A stretch of 64,000 bases of DNA from Desulfobulbus sp. GTDB lineage: Bacteria > Desulfobacterota > Desulfobulbia > Desulfobulbales > Desulfobulbaceae. Both the position numbers and the translations under genes were made by a program. Position 1 is the stretch's first letter; every line of letters begins with the position of its first letter. This document shows positions 50,204 to 61,638 of this stretch, piece by piece. The stretch lies in contig JBMNKV010000001.1 of assembly GCA_050952385.1 (NCBI GenBank), positions 1,378,877 through 1,442,876 on the forward strand, in the 5' to 3' direction. The notes beneath the pieces were generated by a model. That model saw only the letters and a list, made by a program, of their open reading frames with translations, was not told where the DNA came from and made no database searches.

Positions 50204-50638
50204 ATGCATCCGTCCAACCCGTCCGTCCCCTTCCGCAACCCGGTACCCACGGTTGACATCATCATTGAAGTTGGAGAAAAGATCGTCCTGATCGAACGAA
50301 AGAATCCACCGCACGGCTGGGCGCTGCCCGGCGGTTTTGTCGACTACGGCGAATCCTTTGAAACGGCCGCCCGGCGGGAGGCGGCCGAGGAGACCGGGCT
50401 TAAGGTCCTGCTGATCCGGCAACTGCACACCTACTCGGACCCGAAGCGGGACAGCCGCCAGCACACCGCCTCCACCGTGTATATCGCCACAGCCGATCAG
50501 GCGCCGGTGGCCGCGGACGACGCCAAGAATGCCGGGCTCTTCACCAAGGAGAACCTGCCCCCGCTGGTCTTTGACCACGCACGCATCCTCAACGACTATT
50601 TCACCTATAAGGAAACGGGAGAGCTACCCACCCTGTAA
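50204..50638 (+). CDS. NUDIX hydrolase
   Basis: Nudix box [24 protein letters not shown]. Confidence 0.85.
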   Translation: MHPSNPSVPFRNPVPTVDIIIEVGEKIVLIERKNPPHGWALPGGFVDYGESFETAARREAAEETGLKVLLIRQLHTYSDPKRDSRQHTASTVYIATADQAPVAADDAKNAGLFTKENLPPLVFDHARILNDYFTYKETGELPTL

Positions 50639-50659
50639 CAACACCGGCGCACAGGCCGG

Positions 50660-51703
50660 TTATTGGATTTGCAGCTCACCGACGCGCAGGGCGCCTGCAG
50701 GAGCGGCAGGAGGTGAGGCAACCTCCTCAGTCGGGGCGGGCGGAGAAGAAACGACAGGGGCAGCAGGTGCTGTCTCCCCATCTGGAATCGCCGGAGTGGG
50801 AACCGGGTCGACAGGAGGTGAGGCGGCCTCCTCAGCCGGGGCGGGCGGAGAAGAATCGGCAGGAGAAACAGTCGTAGTCTCCCCATCCGGAATCGTCGGA
50901 GTGGGAACAGGGTCGGCAGGAGGTGAAGTAGCCTCTTCAGCAGCCGAAATTGCCGAATCGGGGGCACCAGGGGAAAGAATCTGCGGCTGGATGCGGATTT
51001 CCTGCCGAACCTGCGGGATCAGGGGACTGCTTTCAGGAGAAAAATAGCGGCGGGCGCCGCGCCAGACCAGCAGGGATCCCACCACAACCGCCACCAGCAA
51101 GAGCGCCAGCACGCCATGGGGAAAGAGGGCGAAACGTCGCCTGCGCCGGGGCACTTCCGCAGCAGAGGCGGCCTGCCCGGTGCCGGACTCATCAATCGGC
51201 TCAAAAGGCTCGACCGGCTCGAAAACAGGTTCAAGCACAGGTTCGTCCCAGGGTTCCGTTTCCTGCACCAAACCCTGCTCCGGCGACAAGGGTGCCGGTT
51301 CCGCAGCTGCTGGTTCCTCCGCTGTCGGCGAAGCAGGAGTCGCAGCGGAACCCGCGGCCATGCGGACAGCCAGGGATTCGGCGGCGTCCAGGGACTTGCG
51401 TTCCTCGGCAACTCCCGGCATGTCCACAGCCACCGCTTCCAGCTCGTCGTACAGCTGCATCGCCTCGCGATATCTCCCGGCCGCCATGTGGTGCCGGGCC
51501 TGCAAACGTATATCCTCCGCCTGGGCCAGCAACTCGGCCACCTCCTGCTCCAGCGCCGCCCGCTCCTCTTCTTCCAGGCGGTCTGCCAGTTGACGGCATA
51601 AAAAACGGGCCTCCAGAATCCGCCGCTCCCGGATTCGGGCGCGAACCAGGTCGGCAGGGGGGCCATCCGCGGGGGATGCAGGGGACATTGCGTTCCCGGA
51701 CAT
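50660..51703 (-). CDS. Hypothetical bitopic membrane protein: helical/charged N-terminal domain, one TM, Pro-rich tandem-repeat C-terminus
   Basis: Start at MSGNAMSP. TM segment FALFPHGVLALLLVAVVVGSLLVW. The C-terminus contains repeated SPPxDPVPTPxIPDGET units. Confidence 0.6.
   Translation of the reverse strand: MSGNAMSPASPADGPPADLVRARIRERRILEARFLCRQLADRLEEEERAALEQEVAELLAQAEDIRLQARHHMAAGRYREAMQLYDELEAVAVDMPGVAEERKSLDAAESLAVRMAAGSAATPASPTAEEPAAAEPAPLSPEQGLVQETEPWDEPVLEPVFEPVEPFEPIDESGTGQAASAAEVPRRRRRFALFPHGVLALLLVAVVVGSLLVWRGARRYFSPESSPLIPQVRQEIRIQPQILSPGAPDSAISAAEEATSPPADPVPTPTIPDGETTTVSPADSSPPAPAEEAASPPVDPVPTPAIPDGETAPAAPVVSSPPAPTEEVASPPAAPAGALRVGELQIQ
50707..50945 (-). repeat. 105-bp (35-codon) in-frame tandem repeat, about 2.3 copies, at the 3' end of the CDS 50660..51703
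   Basis: caggaggtga(g/a)g... recurs at 50707, 50812 and 50917. Confidence 0.85.
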
Positions 51704-51779
51704 GATACGACCCTCACCAGAAGATTTGCAAAAGCGCATAGACCGCCAGCCCCGCACCTGCGGCGCTGTACAGCAACAC

Positions 51780-51875
51780 TCAGGGCGTGCAGTCGCCTCC
51801 TGTCTTTCGGAAAACAACCACGGCAACCACAAGACCGACCAGCACGGCCGCGCCGACTGTCAGCAATTCCTTCAT
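51780..51875 (-). CDS. Candidate 31-aa single-TM small protein (below the ORF-track cut-off)
   Basis: GGAGG lies 4-5 nt upstream of the ATG and 16 nt after the typA stop. Translation checked codon by codon: MKELLTVGAAVLVGLVVAVVVFRKTGGDCTP. Confidence 0.35.
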   Translation of the reverse strand: MKELLTVGAAVLVGLVVAVVVFRKTGGDCTP

Positions 51876-51891
51876 GCGCCCTCCCCGGTCC

Positions 51892-53691
51892 TCACCCCCG
51901 CACCCGGGCATCCTTGCGCTTGCGCAGGCGGATTGCCGTGGGGGTTATCTCGACCAGTTCGTCATCGTTGATGTAGGCGATGCAGTCCTCAAGAGTCATC
52001 GCCACCGGCGGGGTCAACACCACGGCCTCGTCTGAACCAGCGGCCCGTATATTGGTGAGTTTTTTCCCCTTGGCCGGGTTGACCACCAGATCCGCCGGGC
52101 GGCTGTGTTCGCCGATGATCATGCCGGGATAGACCGGCACGCCCGGCCCCAGGAAAAGCCGCCCGCGCTCCTGCAGGTTGAACAGGGCGTAGGCCACGGT
52201 GGTGCATGACTCCTTGACCACCAGCACCCCGTTGACCCGGTTCTGAATCTCACCGGCATAGGGGCCCCAGTCGGCGAAGACATAGTTCATCACCCCCATG
52301 CCCCGGGTATCGGTCATGAAAACCGAACGGTAGCCCAAAAGACCGCGGGTGGGGATACGAAAGCGCATGCGGCTCATGCCCTGCTCAACACGCATATCCA
52401 GCAAAATGCCCTTGAGCCTGCCCAGCTTTTCGATCACCACGCCCTGGAACTGCTCGTCCACATCCACCGAAAGGTCCTCGTAGGGCTCGTGCAGTTCCCC
52501 GTCGATCTCCCGCATGATGACCTCGGGCCGGGTTACCTGAAATTCATACTCTTCCCGGCGCATCTTTTCAATCAGAATGGAAAGATGCAGCTCGCCGCGA
52601 CCTGAAACCCGATAGCCGATGCCCTCGACAAGGGGTTCGACCTGAAGGGCGACATCGGCCAGGGTCTCCCGGCGCAGGCGCTCTTCCAGGTGCCTTGAGG
52701 TGACGTATTTGCCCTCCTGTCCGGCAAAGGGCGAGTCGTTGGGGATAAAGTTCATGGAGATGGTCGGCGGATCGATCTCGATCAACGGCAGGGGCCGGGG
52801 ATCGACCGGGTCCGTGAAGGTCAGCCCGATGGTGACATCCTCCACGCCGGCAAGGGCCACGATTTCGCCCACGCCCGCGCGCTCGGCGGCAACCATCCGG
52901 CTCCCCTCATAGCGGAAGATTTTGTTGATCCGCACCGGCGCAACCCGGCCGTCGGGGTAGGCTGCCGCAAGGCTGGTGCGCATGTCCAGCCAACCGTTGA
53001 CGATCTTGCCGATGCCCAGCCGTCCCAGGTACGGCGAATACTCGATGGTGGTGATCTGGAGCTGCAACGGCGCCTCGGCACTGCCGCCAGGTGGCGGAAC
53101 GTGCCGGACGATCATCTCGGAGACCAGCTCCATGCCCTGTTCCGGAGCCACCGGGTCGTCGGGCTCCCGCAGCGCGTAGCCGGACTTGGCTGAAGCGTAG
53201 AGCACCGGAAAATCCAGCACCTCGTCCGGCGCGCCCAGCCGGTCGAACAGATCAAACACCTGATCCACGGCCCAGTCGCAGCGCGCTGCCGGCTTGTCGA
53301 TCTTGTTGATCACCACCACAATGGGCAACCGCTCTGCCAGCGCCTTCTTGACCACGAAAAAGGTCTGTGGCATGGGCCCTTCCTGGGCGTCGACCAACAG
53401 CATCGCGCCATCAGCCATGCGCAGGACCCGTTCGACCTGGCCGCCGAAATCGGCATGGCCGGGGGTATCGATGATATTGATGCGATAGTCCCCGTACAGG
53501 TACGAGCCGCTCTTGGCGGCAATGGTGATGCCGCGCTCGCGTTCCAGTTCCATGGAATCCATCATCCGTTCCGCCACCTGCTGGTTTGCGCGGAACATCC
53601 CGCTTTGGCGAAACAGCTGATCGACCATGGTGGTTTTCCCGTGATCGACATGGGCGATGATGGCGACATTCCGGATATACTGCTGATCCAT
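51892..53691 (-). CDS. typA: Translational GTPase TypA/BipA
   Basis: Starts [36 protein letters not shown] and NKID motifs. About 600 aa. The upstream ORF extension is discarded. Confidence 0.95.
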   Translation of the reverse strand: MDQQYIRNVAIIAHVDHGKTTMVDQLFRQSGMFRANQQVAERMMDSMELERERGITIAAKSGSYLYGDYRINIIDTPGHADFGGQVERVLRMADGAMLLVDAQEGPMPQTFFVVKKALAERLPIVVVINKIDKPAARCDWAVDQVFDLFDRLGAPDEVLDFPVLYASAKSGYALREPDDPVAPEQGMELVSEMIVRHVPPPGGSAEAPLQLQITTIEYSPYLGRLGIGKIVNGWLDMRTSLAAAYPDGRVAPVRINKIFRYEGSRMVAAERAGVGEIVALAGVEDVTIGLTFTDPVDPRPLPLIEIDPPTISMNFIPNDSPFAGQEGKYVTSRHLEERLRRETLADVALQVEPLVEGIGYRVSGRGELHLSILIEKMRREEYEFQVTRPEVIMREIDGELHEPYEDLSVDVDEQFQGVVIEKLGRLKGILLDMRVEQGMSRMRFRIPTRGLLGYRSVFMTDTRGMGVMNYVFADWGPYAGEIQNRVNGVLVVKESCTTVAYALFNLQERGRLFLGPGVPVYPGMIIGEHSRPADLVVNPAKGKKLTNIRAAGSDEAVVLTPPVAMTLEDCIAYINDDELVEITPTAIRLRKRKDARVRG

Positions 53692-53836
53692 ATAACTCCC
53701 GATCCCTTGCGGGGTGTTGAAGGTTGCGATGATTTGTTCCCGGAAGGTGCGAACCGGAGGGCTCCGGCGCGGTTGAAACAAGAGCGGCAAAGACGATGCG
53801 ATGCGCATCGATTCCGAGGGCGGCAAAAAAAGAATA

Positions 53837-53865
53837 ATTGTACCGCGGCACAGAGGGCGCGACAA
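53837..53865 (-). promoter_or_regulatory. Candidate sigma70 promoter for typA
   Basis: The minus strand reads TTGTCG - 17 nt - TACAAT, about 145 nt upstream of the typA ATG. Confidence 0.4.
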
Positions 53866-53887
53866 GGAGATTGCAGAGGCGAACCAG

Positions 53888-55276
53888 TCAAATTCGGGAA
53901 AAAACCCGGCTCCTGGCCTCTGCCGAACGCCGCAACACCGGAACCTCCACATCGATGTAATCGAGCACCAGGGCCCGCTTGCCGGCGGCAGGCCGCATGA
54001 TCCGACCCACCACCTGCAACAGTCGGCCCTCGAACTTGATCGGCGTTGCCAAAACCAGGGTGGCCAGGCCCGCGCAGTCAAACCCCTCGCCGATCAACTG
54101 CACCGTGGCGATCAGCACCGTGAGCCGACCTTCCCGGGCCTGCTCGACAATGGCGGCCCGCTCCTCGGCCGGCGACTGACCGGTCAACACCGAGACCTCC
54201 CGGCCGTCCTCCGCAAGCAACCGGGCCAGGGTCAAACAGTGTTCCACCCGGTCGGAGACGATCAGGATCGTGCCCGGCCGTTCCTGGTCGAGCAGGGCGC
54301 CGATATCGGCCGCGATCTGTTTGTTGCGGCGCTCGTCCCTGGTCAACGCCTTGATCAGACGTGCGTAGTTGCCCTGGTACCCGTAACGAAAGGCTGTTGG
54401 ATGCTGCCGGAATTCGGGCCGCAACACAGCCCCGCTCTCCGCCAGCATCCGTGCGTCGACGCTGTGCGCCAGCTCGCCCATGTACAGGTAGATCAGCCGG
54501 GTCATCCCGTCCTCACGGCGAAAGGCGGTGGCGGAAAGGCCCAGCATGTAGTGACAGTCAAAGGCAGCCACCACTCCGGTGAACAGCGAGGCCGGAACCC
54601 GGTGGCACTCGTCGACCACGATCTGGCCGAACAGGGCGGGCAGGGTGTCCAGATGTTTGCGGGCGGTGTTGACAATGGCCACGGTGATCGGTCGGATATC
54701 CCACTTCCCGTCGCCGGCCAGTCCGGCATCGATGCCCAGAAACTGCCGGATTCGCTCCCGCCACTGGTACAGCAGCTCTTTTGAGTGCACCAGAACCAGG
54801 GTGGGCTGCCGACGGCGGGCGAGAACGGCCAGGGCCATGACCGTCTTGCCCGAACCGGTACCGGCCTCCAGCACCCCGAAAGACCGACGCGACACCGCCT
54901 GCACCGCCTTTTTCTGATAGGGCCGGAGCGTGCCCTGAAAGCTCAGGTCGATCTCGGGCAGTAAACGCCTTTGGTCGATCAGCACCGGATCGAGCCCCAT
55001 TGCCCGGCGGCAGAGCCGGACCGCCTCGTTGCCAAAACCCCGTGGAAAACAGAAGCCGTCGTCCTCTTCGCGGAAAAAAAACAGCCGGGGCTTGAGCCGT
55101 TTGCCGATCCAGCGACCAAACTGTTTCGCGGCCAGATACTGCGGGTTGTCGATGGTCAGCTCGGCGCGCAGCGCGGCCAGCAGGGCGCTGGAGGCCCCGG
55201 TCAGCACACATTCGCGGCCCACTGTCAATCGACAGGAGCCGGACGGGGAAGACGGGGCAACGGGTGTTTCAGACAT
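53888..55276 (-). CDS. Superfamily-2 DEAD/DEAH-box helicase (type III restriction Res-like / SSL2-like core) with roughly 130-aa N-terminal domain
   Basis: Motif I AGTGSGKT, motif II VVDECH, and helicase-C motifs (ATVQLIGEGFD, VGRIMR). Start at MSETPV. Confidence 0.8.
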   Translation of the reverse strand: MSETPVAPSSPSGSCRLTVGRECVLTGASSALLAALRAELTIDNPQYLAAKQFGRWIGKRLKPRLFFFREEDDGFCFPRGFGNEAVRLCRRAMGLDPVLIDQRRLLPEIDLSFQGTLRPYQKKAVQAVSRRSFGVLEAGTGSGKTVMALAVLARRRQPTLVLVHSKELLYQWRERIRQFLGIDAGLAGDGKWDIRPITVAIVNTARKHLDTLPALFGQIVVDECHRVPASLFTGVVAAFDCHYMLGLSATAFRREDGMTRLIYLYMGELAHSVDARMLAESGAVLRPEFRQHPTAFRYGYQGNYARLIKALTRDERRNKQIAADIGALLDQERPGTILIVSDRVEHCLTLARLLAEDGREVSVLTGQSPAEERAAIVEQAREGRLTVLIATVQLIGEGFDCAGLATLVLATPIKFEGRLLQVVGRIMRPAAGKRALVLDYIDVEVPVLRRSAEARSRVFSRI

Positions 55277-55442
55277 CTCTTTTCTGCTCTCGGTTTTTTC
55301 ACGGCCTGCGCTTGACAGGTCCGGGAAAATAAAGCATTTTGCAGCCATTGCGGCACGGGCCGCAGCTTCAGGCCCGCGGCCCGTACGTCCGTCACGGCGA
55401 CGACCGGTCCGCGTCCCAATTCATCTTTTCCTACCCGATCCG

Positions 55443-56105
55443 ATGCGCACATTCAAGCGGCTCCATTCCGTTCTGCTCTTCCTCGGCCTGCTGTCGGCAA
55501 TCCCGGTCATCCCGGCCATTCCAGCCACCTCGGCAATCGCCGCCCCGTCCGGCTCCACGCCCATCACGATCAGCTTGCCCGCGGCAACCGTGCACAGCTC
55601 GCTGCAACAGATGCTGCCCCTGGACATCCCGTCCCGGAGCAAACAGCTCCAGGGCGACCTGACCCTGCACACCCTCGACCGCCTGGAAATCAAGGACAAC
55701 GTGATCACGGTGCAGGGCCTGCTGAGCGGGAAAAACCTGCTGGTAAACACCCGTCTGGTCGGGCAGGATATCCAGTTGCGGCTGGGAGAGGTTCGCCTGC
55801 CGGTGCTCTGCAACTTGCAGGTGCAGCTTGATCAGGCCCGCCGCAAACTGCTGGTCACCCCCCGCTTTGCCGATACCACCGTGCAATCCGCCGCAGCCGC
55901 CGGCCAGGACGCCCTGGCCCCCCTGCTGGACGCCTTGGCCGGACACCAGTATCAGATCGATCTCGACGCACTGGGCGACATTGAACTGAAAAACGGCACA
56001 CGAATCATTCCGGTGACCCTGGAGCCGGTCGGGATGACGACGACCAACAACGCGCTGACGCTCTTTTTGCTGCCGAAAGTCGGTGCATCACAACGAGCCG
56101 ACTGA
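55443..56105 (+). CDS. Secreted hypothetical protein
   Basis: Internal ATG. Signal peptide MRTFKRLHSVLLFLGLLSAIPVIPAIPATSAIA. No family recognised. Confidence 0.55.
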   Translation: MRTFKRLHSVLLFLGLLSAIPVIPAIPATSAIAAPSGSTPITISLPAATVHSSLQQMLPLDIPSRSKQLQGDLTLHTLDRLEIKDNVITVQGLLSGKNLLVNTRLVGQDIQLRLGEVRLPVLCNLQVQLDQARRKLLVTPRFADTTVQSAAAAGQDALAPLLDALAGHQYQIDLDALGDIELKNGTRIIPVTLEPVGMTTTNNALTLFLLPKVGASQRAD

Positions 56106-56131
56106 CCCCGGACAGACCTCAAGGAGGACCC

Positions 56132-56467
56132 ATGGACTGCCTGTTCTGCAAGATCATTCAGGGAGAGATTCCCTCGACCAAGGTATACGAAGACGACGAT
56201 ATCTACGCGTTCCACGATATCGCCCCGCAAGCACCGATCCATATCCTGGTGATTCCCAAAAAACACCTGCATGGTCCGGAGGCGGTCAAAGAAGAGGATG
56301 AACGCGTGGTGGGCAAAATGGTGCGGCTGGCAAAAGAAATAGCCGACAAAGAGGGCATCCCTCATTATCGGCTGGTTTTCAACAACGGGTCAGAGGCCGG
56401 ACAAACGGTTTTCCACCTCCACATGCACATCCTCGGCGGCCGTTTTCTGGGCTGGCCTCCGGGCTGA
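56132..56467 (+). CDS. HIT-family (histidine triad) nucleotide-binding protein
   Basis: CLFCKII...HLHMHILGG. Confidence 0.9.
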   Translation: MDCLFCKIIQGEIPSTKVYEDDDIYAFHDIAPQAPIHILVIPKKHLHGPEAVKEEDERVVGKMVRLAKEIADKEGIPHYRLVFNNGSEAGQTVFHLHMHILGGRFLGWPPG

Positions 56468-56484
56468 GGGTACTGCCCCGCCGC

Positions 56485-56508
56485 GCGGCGGATGGAGCCG
56501 TCCGCCGC
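56485..56508. terminator. GC-rich hairpin between convergent HIT and kinase genes (no T-run)
   Basis: gcggcgga-tggagccg-tccgccgc, an 8-bp stem. Confidence 0.35.
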
Positions 56509-56510
56509 AC

Positions 56511-59372
56511 TCAACCGGTCATGCGTTGCAGCACATCGGACAGACCGGCAACCGAATAGGGCTTTTCAATCTTGCCCTTGAAACCATAGTCCATGTAGCG
56601 CTGCATCACCGGGTCCTGGGGATCGCCGCTGGACACCAGCAGACAGGCGTCCGGATCCAGGGCAAGCAGTTCCTGCGCCAGATCCGCGCCGCCCATGCCG
56701 CCGCGAACCTGCAAGTCCGCTATCACCAGGTCATAGGGGCGCTGCTCGGCCAGCGCTTCCTGGTACAGCTCCTTTGCCGCCTCGCCGGTCGCCGCAAGCG
56801 AGCAGGTGCAGCCCAGGTAATCGAGAATGCCCTTGGCCACGTCGCGGATGATCTCCTCGTCATCCATGACCAGAACCCGTATCGACTCACCATCGCCACG
56901 CGTCCGGGGAGCCGGAGCCGCCGGACGCGAAACAGGGGGTTCCGCCGCCGGTGCGTCGACAGCGTTTTCTTCCTCGAGCAACGGGGCAAGGGCAGCGCGG
57001 ATGGCCTGAATCTGCGGGACAAGGGCTTGCAGTTCGCCAGTCCCTGTTCTGACCTGGTTGTACAGCTCCTGAACACGTCCGCCCCAAACCTCAATCCCGC
57101 ACTGCAACAGGGTTCCCTTCAGCGCATGCGCCGCAGCAGCCAGATCTTCCCGATCGTTCTCGGCGCAACTCTGGTCGATCCGGGCCAACAGGGAAGTGAC
57201 GCTTTTGCGGGAGATGGCAAGTAAATGCTCGCTCTGTTCGGCGCTCACGCCGGACGACTCCCGGAAAAATCGCCGCACACGGGCAACGCTCACCTCCTCG
57301 TCCCCGACGGATGCAGGCGTTTTTTTCTCGGGAGGAGGCGCGGAAAACGCGGAGGTAGACCCGTTCCCCCGCATCAACTCTTTCCTCCGTCCCCTGATGG
57401 CCCCCAGGACCGCGGTCAGCTGTTCCGGCCGGAAGGGTTTGGTGATATAGTCATCCATCCCGGCGTTCAGACACATCTCCCGATCACCGCCCATGGCATG
57501 GGCTGTCATGGCGATGATCGGCAAATGTCTGCCCACCAGGCGGGTTTCCAACCGGCTGCGGAGCGGTTCGGGAAGCTCTTCGGGCACGGACTGTCCCAGC
57601 TCCAGCGCCCGGATGATCCGGGTGGTGGTCAGGCCGTCCATGACAGGCATCTGCACGTCCATCAGCACCGTATCGATCTCCTCGTTTTCCGCCAGAATCT
57701 GCAGGGCAACCTTCCCCTGGTCCGCCGTGAAGACGGTATGCTCCCGCTCCAGCACCATCCGGGCCAGATCGCGGTTGACCTCGTTGTCATCGACGATCAG
57801 GATGCGCAGGCCGCTGATCGCCTGCTCGGTCTGCGTCTCCGGATAATCCGCCGAATCCTGGAGCAGGCTTGCATCGCCCTTTTCCAGCAGAACCGTGAAG
57901 TGGAAGGTGCTGCCGACACCGGGGACGCTCTCCACCCACATCGTCCCGCCCATCATCTCGGCCAGCTGCCGACTGATGGCCAGCCCCAGCCCGGCGCCGC
58001 CGTACTGACGCACATAGGAGCCGTCCGCCTGCTCAAAGGTGTTGAAAATACGTTCCTGCTTGTCCGGTTCAATACCGATGCCGGTATCGCTGACGCTGCA
58101 ATGCAGCAGGCATTGCTTCTCCGAATCGGCCCGTTCCCGGTATATGCTGACGATGACCCCGCCCTTTTCCGTGAACTTGATGGCATTGCCCACCAGATTG
58201 AACAGAATCTGGCCGAGCCGCAGGTCATCGCCCACCAGGATCTCGGGAATATCGTCATCCCCGACATATTTCAGGGTCAGCCCCTTTTCGCTGGCCGGAA
58301 CATTCAAGGTGGAAACAATCCGCTCCAGCAGCTGACGCAGGACAAAGGGTTTGGGAATGAGAATGAACTGACCGGCCTCGATCTTCGAAAAATCCAGGAT
58401 ATCGTTCAGGATGCCCAACAGACTGTCGGCGGAGTTCTTGACCGTTTTCAGCAACTTCTGCTGAGCAGGATCAGCGGCGGCGTCCAGCGCCAGACGGGTC
58501 ATGCCGATGATGGCATTCATCGGGGTCCGGATCTCGTGGCTCATATTGGCCAAAAACAAACTCTTGGCCCGGTTGGCCTCCTCCGCGGCTTCCTTGGCCA
58601 GCAGCAGGTCGTGGGTGCGCTCTTCCACCTGTTCTTCAAGGTAGAGATCCCGCTGTTGAATCTGCGCAATCATGGTGTTGAAGCCGTTGGAAAGCAGGCC
58701 CAGCTCATCCTTGCTGCTGACCGGCGAACGCACGGTATAATCCCTGTCCCGGGAAATGGAATCCATGACATCGGACAGCGTGGCGATCGGCCTGATGATC
58801 ACGACCAGCAATTTCCGCGACAAGATCATGGCCAGCCCCAGACCAATGAACAGGATCACCACCATCACCCCGGCCAACCGCGAAAGGGTGTGATTGATTT
58901 CCTGCAAACTCAGGCGCATGAACACCGCGCCGATGGTTTCCTGTCCCAGAATAACCGGCTGCAACACCTCGGCATACGGGCCGGAAAAACGAAATTCCCC
59001 CATTGCCAGGTCAGGGGGCGTTTGCTTGTCGTGCTTGTCGAAGGCGGCAAGCAGAGACTGACGGCTCTCGTACTCTGCGTACACCTCGCCTTTTTCATTG
59101 AGCACCCGCCCGATCATCACGTTGGACTTGGCCTGCAAGGACTGGAGGATGCTATTCAAAACCGTCCGGTCTTCAAAGGTGATGCCTGCGCTGCTGTTGT
59201 CGGCAATCACCATGGCAAGGGTTCGGACCTCGTCGGCAAGCTGCTGCCGTACCAGAAACCGCTGACTGAGAAAAGAAACAGTCATGACCACCACCAGCGC
59301 GCACGCACTGGCAAGCAAGACGATGACATGTAATTTATGGCGGATCGGAAGCCGCAGAAACCACTCTTTCAT
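56511..59372 (-). CDS. Hybrid sensor histidine kinase: TM, CHASE8-like periplasmic loop, TM, HAMP, HisKA, HATPase, REC, Hpt, REC
   Basis: Start at MKEWFLRL. The periplasmic block is [58 protein letters not shown]-box [22 protein letters not shown] motif [11 protein letters not shown], Hpt motif HALKGT, and a second REC (VLVMDDEE...IADLQ). Confidence 0.9.
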   Translation of the reverse strand: MKEWFLRLPIRHKLHVIVLLASACALVVVMTVSFLSQRFLVRQQLADEVRTLAMVIADNSSAGITFEDRTVLNSILQSLQAKSNVMIGRVLNEKGEVYAEYESRQSLLAAFDKHDKQTPPDLAMGEFRFSGPYAEVLQPVILGQETIGAVFMRLSLQEINHTLSRLAGVMVVILFIGLGLAMILSRKLLVVIIRPIATLSDVMDSISRDRDYTVRSPVSSKDELGLLSNGFNTMIAQIQQRDLYLEEQVEERTHDLLLAKEAAEEANRAKSLFLANMSHEIRTPMNAIIGMTRLALDAAADPAQQKLLKTVKNSADSLLGILNDILDFSKIEAGQFILIPKPFVLRQLLERIVSTLNVPASEKGLTLKYVGDDDIPEILVGDDLRLGQILFNLVGNAIKFTEKGGVIVSIYRERADSEKQCLLHCSVSDTGIGIEPDKQERIFNTFEQADGSYVRQYGGAGLGLAISRQLAEMMGGTMWVESVPGVGSTFHFTVLLEKGDASLLQDSADYPETQTEQAISGLRILIVDDNEVNRDLARMVLEREHTVFTADQGKVALQILAENEEIDTVLMDVQMPVMDGLTTTRIIRALELGQSVPEELPEPLRSRLETRLVGRHLPIIAMTAHAMGGDREMCLNAGMDDYITKPFRPEQLTAVLGAIRGRRKELMRGNGSTSAFSAPPPEKKTPASVGDEEVSVARVRRFFRESSGVSAEQSEHLLAISRKSVTSLLARIDQSCAENDREDLAAAAHALKGTLLQCGIEVWGGRVQELYNQVRTGTGELQALVPQIQAIRAALAPLLEEENAVDAPAAEPPVSRPAAPAPRTRGDGESIRVLVMDDEEIIRDVAKGILDYLGCTCSLAATGEAAKELYQEALAEQRPYDLVIADLQVRGGMGGADLAQELLALDPDACLLVSSGDPQDPVMQRYMDYGFKGKIEKPYSVAGLSDVLQRMTG

Positions 59373-59550
59373 ACCTACTCTCACAACAAAACTCGTCGGA
59401 CGCAGCATCGGCGCACCGCACCCGTTTAGTCTCCATCTTTTGATGATACTGGAAGATCGCTCGCCTTTTCCAGAAAAATCGGTCGGCGCGCACCGGCGTC
59501 CCGACCCGGTCCTGCCGAGTCCTTTTCCGGAAACCCCGCATCCCGCGGCG

Positions 59551-61623
59551 CTAGAAACGCCAGGTGATCTTGCCGTACACGCTGCGCTCTATCTCGGTGG
59601 GAGGAATGGCGTATTCAGACAGGTACTCAAACCGGCTGCGGTTGGTCAGGTTTCGTCCGGCCAGCATAACCTCCAGCCGATCCGTCGGCGTCCAGACAAG
59701 GTTCGCGTCCAGGGTCACTGCCGGTGCAATCTCCATGGGCTCGGGATTCGACGCAGTAAGGTTGCTTATCCCCTTGGTCGCGTCCGTGTAGCGGGCCCAC
59801 AGGTTCAGCCGCCAGTCTTCGGCCAGCTGCATGGACGAGCGCAGCGAAACCTGGTGCTTGGGGCTGGTGTTGTTGCGCACCAGGTCTTCCTGGACAACGC
59901 CGCCGACGTTCCCGCTCAAATCCACCTCCAGGTACGAATAGGCCAGCTTGAACGACAGCCAGGAGGCAGGCTGCCAGTCCGCGGCCAGCTCGACGCCTTG
60001 ACCCGATCCACTGAACCTGTTTTCCAACTGCAACAACATCCCCCAGGGCATGCCGCCCAGCGCGGAAAGTTGCTGCGCCCTGAGCGGAGAAGATGGGCCG
60101 ATGAGCAGTATCTCCTCGTACTCGCTGTGAAACAGGGCCAGATCAAAGCTCAGCGTCCCGGTCACCTGCCAGCGGTATCCAGCCTCGTACGACACCATCT
60201 CTTCGCTCTCGTACTCCGGATTGCCCACAAGCCCCACCTTGTACGGCGAGCCGGTCCCCGGATCGGGGGCAACGCCGAACAAAACCAAACCTTCCCGTTC
60301 GGTCAAACTCGGGGTGCGCACGGCCCGGGCCACCGAAAACCAGAGGGAATGATTGTCGGCAGGCCGCCACAGCAACCGGGCGCTGGGCTGCCATTCGCCC
60401 TGCGTATACTCGTTATGCTCGAACTTGGCGCCCAGGGTCAGCCACAGGGCGTCGTCCAGCAGGGTGATCTCGTCTTGCAGGAAGGCGCTCCACAGGTTTT
60501 TCGTACTGTCTGGAAAGACGACGTGGAAGGTCGGATCAAAGTCGCCCCGCACCATGCGGTAGCCCGCGCCCATGGTCAGCTGATGCCGGTTGCCCAGGGG
60601 CGTCTCGTACTGCAGATCCAGATCCAGGGTGTCGTACTGAAGACCGCTATAGCTGTCGCTACGTTCGTAGTGATCGTAATATCCCTGCACAGTCAGGACC
60701 CGCTGATTCCCCAGCCCGGTCCGATAGCGCCCCAGGAGGTTCCAACCGGTAAGGTCAATGTCATCAACCTTGGTCGTCATATAAGGCGACTGGGGCAGCC
60801 AGTGTGGCTCCAGCATCTGATTGGCGCTGCCCTTGTACGCATCACCCTGAAGCGTCCACTCCCTGTTCGCGGCCGGCATGCCGTCGAAGCGGAAACCGCC
60901 GTACACGTCGCGCCAGTCGTCCTGGGCGTCCGCGCCCGATCCACGCACAATGTTGGCGGCGCGGATCTCATGGGCCGCATAGGCCCGGCCCCAGGTCGAT
61001 TCGCCCAGCCGGACGCCGTAGCGGGTCGCCGCGGAAAAGGAGTCCTGATCGCCCATGCTGGTCCGCACCAGACCGCCCTGGGTATCCTGGGCCTTCTTGG
61101 TGATGATGTTGATCACCCCGTTGACCGCGTTCGCCCCCCACAGGGCGCCACCCGGACCGCGCACCACCTCGATCCGTTCGATGTCTTCGAGCAAAACGCG
61201 CTGCGCATCCCAGTACACCCCGTTGTACGCCGGTGAATACACGCTGCGCCCGTCGATCAGCACCAGGAGTTTGTTGGAGCTGTAGCCGGAGAACCCGCGC
61301 GACGACACCGACCACTTCGAACCGGTAATCTGTGCCGCCTGGATGCCCGGGGCCATGGCCAGCAGCTCGGGAACAACGGTTGCCCCGGAACGCCGGATAT
61401 CTTCCTGGGTGATGACAAAGACCGCGGCCGGGGTCGAGGCCAGGGACTGCTCGCTCTTGGCAACCGTGGTCACCACCACGTCCAGCAGCTGGGCGAGCCC
61501 CATGTCCAGGTATTCGTTGCGATCCTCTGCCCACAGATCTCCGTACGGGGCCGCGACCAGCCCCAGGGCCAGCACGCCGCAAAAAAGCCGATTTCGCATC
61601 TGTGTCCGCATACCGTTTCCCAT
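59551..61623 (-). CDS. TonB-dependent outer-membrane receptor
   Basis: Signal peptide, a TonB-box-like LDVVVTT, the plug block [23 protein letters not shown], and a C-terminal ...GKITWRF. Confidence 0.9.
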   Translation of the reverse strand: MGNGMRTQMRNRLFCGVLALGLVAAPYGDLWAEDRNEYLDMGLAQLLDVVVTTVAKSEQSLASTPAAVFVITQEDIRRSGATVVPELLAMAPGIQAAQITGSKWSVSSRGFSGYSSNKLLVLIDGRSVYSPAYNGVYWDAQRVLLEDIERIEVVRGPGGALWGANAVNGVINIITKKAQDTQGGLVRTSMGDQDSFSAATRYGVRLGESTWGRAYAAHEIRAANIVRGSGADAQDDWRDVYGGFRFDGMPAANREWTLQGDAYKGSANQMLEPHWLPQSPYMTTKVDDIDLTGWNLLGRYRTGLGNQRVLTVQGYYDHYERSDSYSGLQYDTLDLDLQYETPLGNRHQLTMGAGYRMVRGDFDPTFHVVFPDSTKNLWSAFLQDEITLLDDALWLTLGAKFEHNEYTQGEWQPSARLLWRPADNHSLWFSVARAVRTPSLTEREGLVLFGVAPDPGTGSPYKVGLVGNPEYESEEMVSYEAGYRWQVTGTLSFDLALFHSEYEEILLIGPSSPLRAQQLSALGGMPWGMLLQLENRFSGSGQGVELAADWQPASWLSFKLAYSYLEVDLSGNVGGVVQEDLVRNNTSPKHQVSLRSSMQLAEDWRLNLWARYTDATKGISNLTASNPEPMEIAPAVTLDANLVWTPTDRLEVMLAGRNLTNRSRFEYLSEYAIPPTEIERSVYGKITWRF

Positions 61624-61638
61624 GGATGCGATGCCGGG

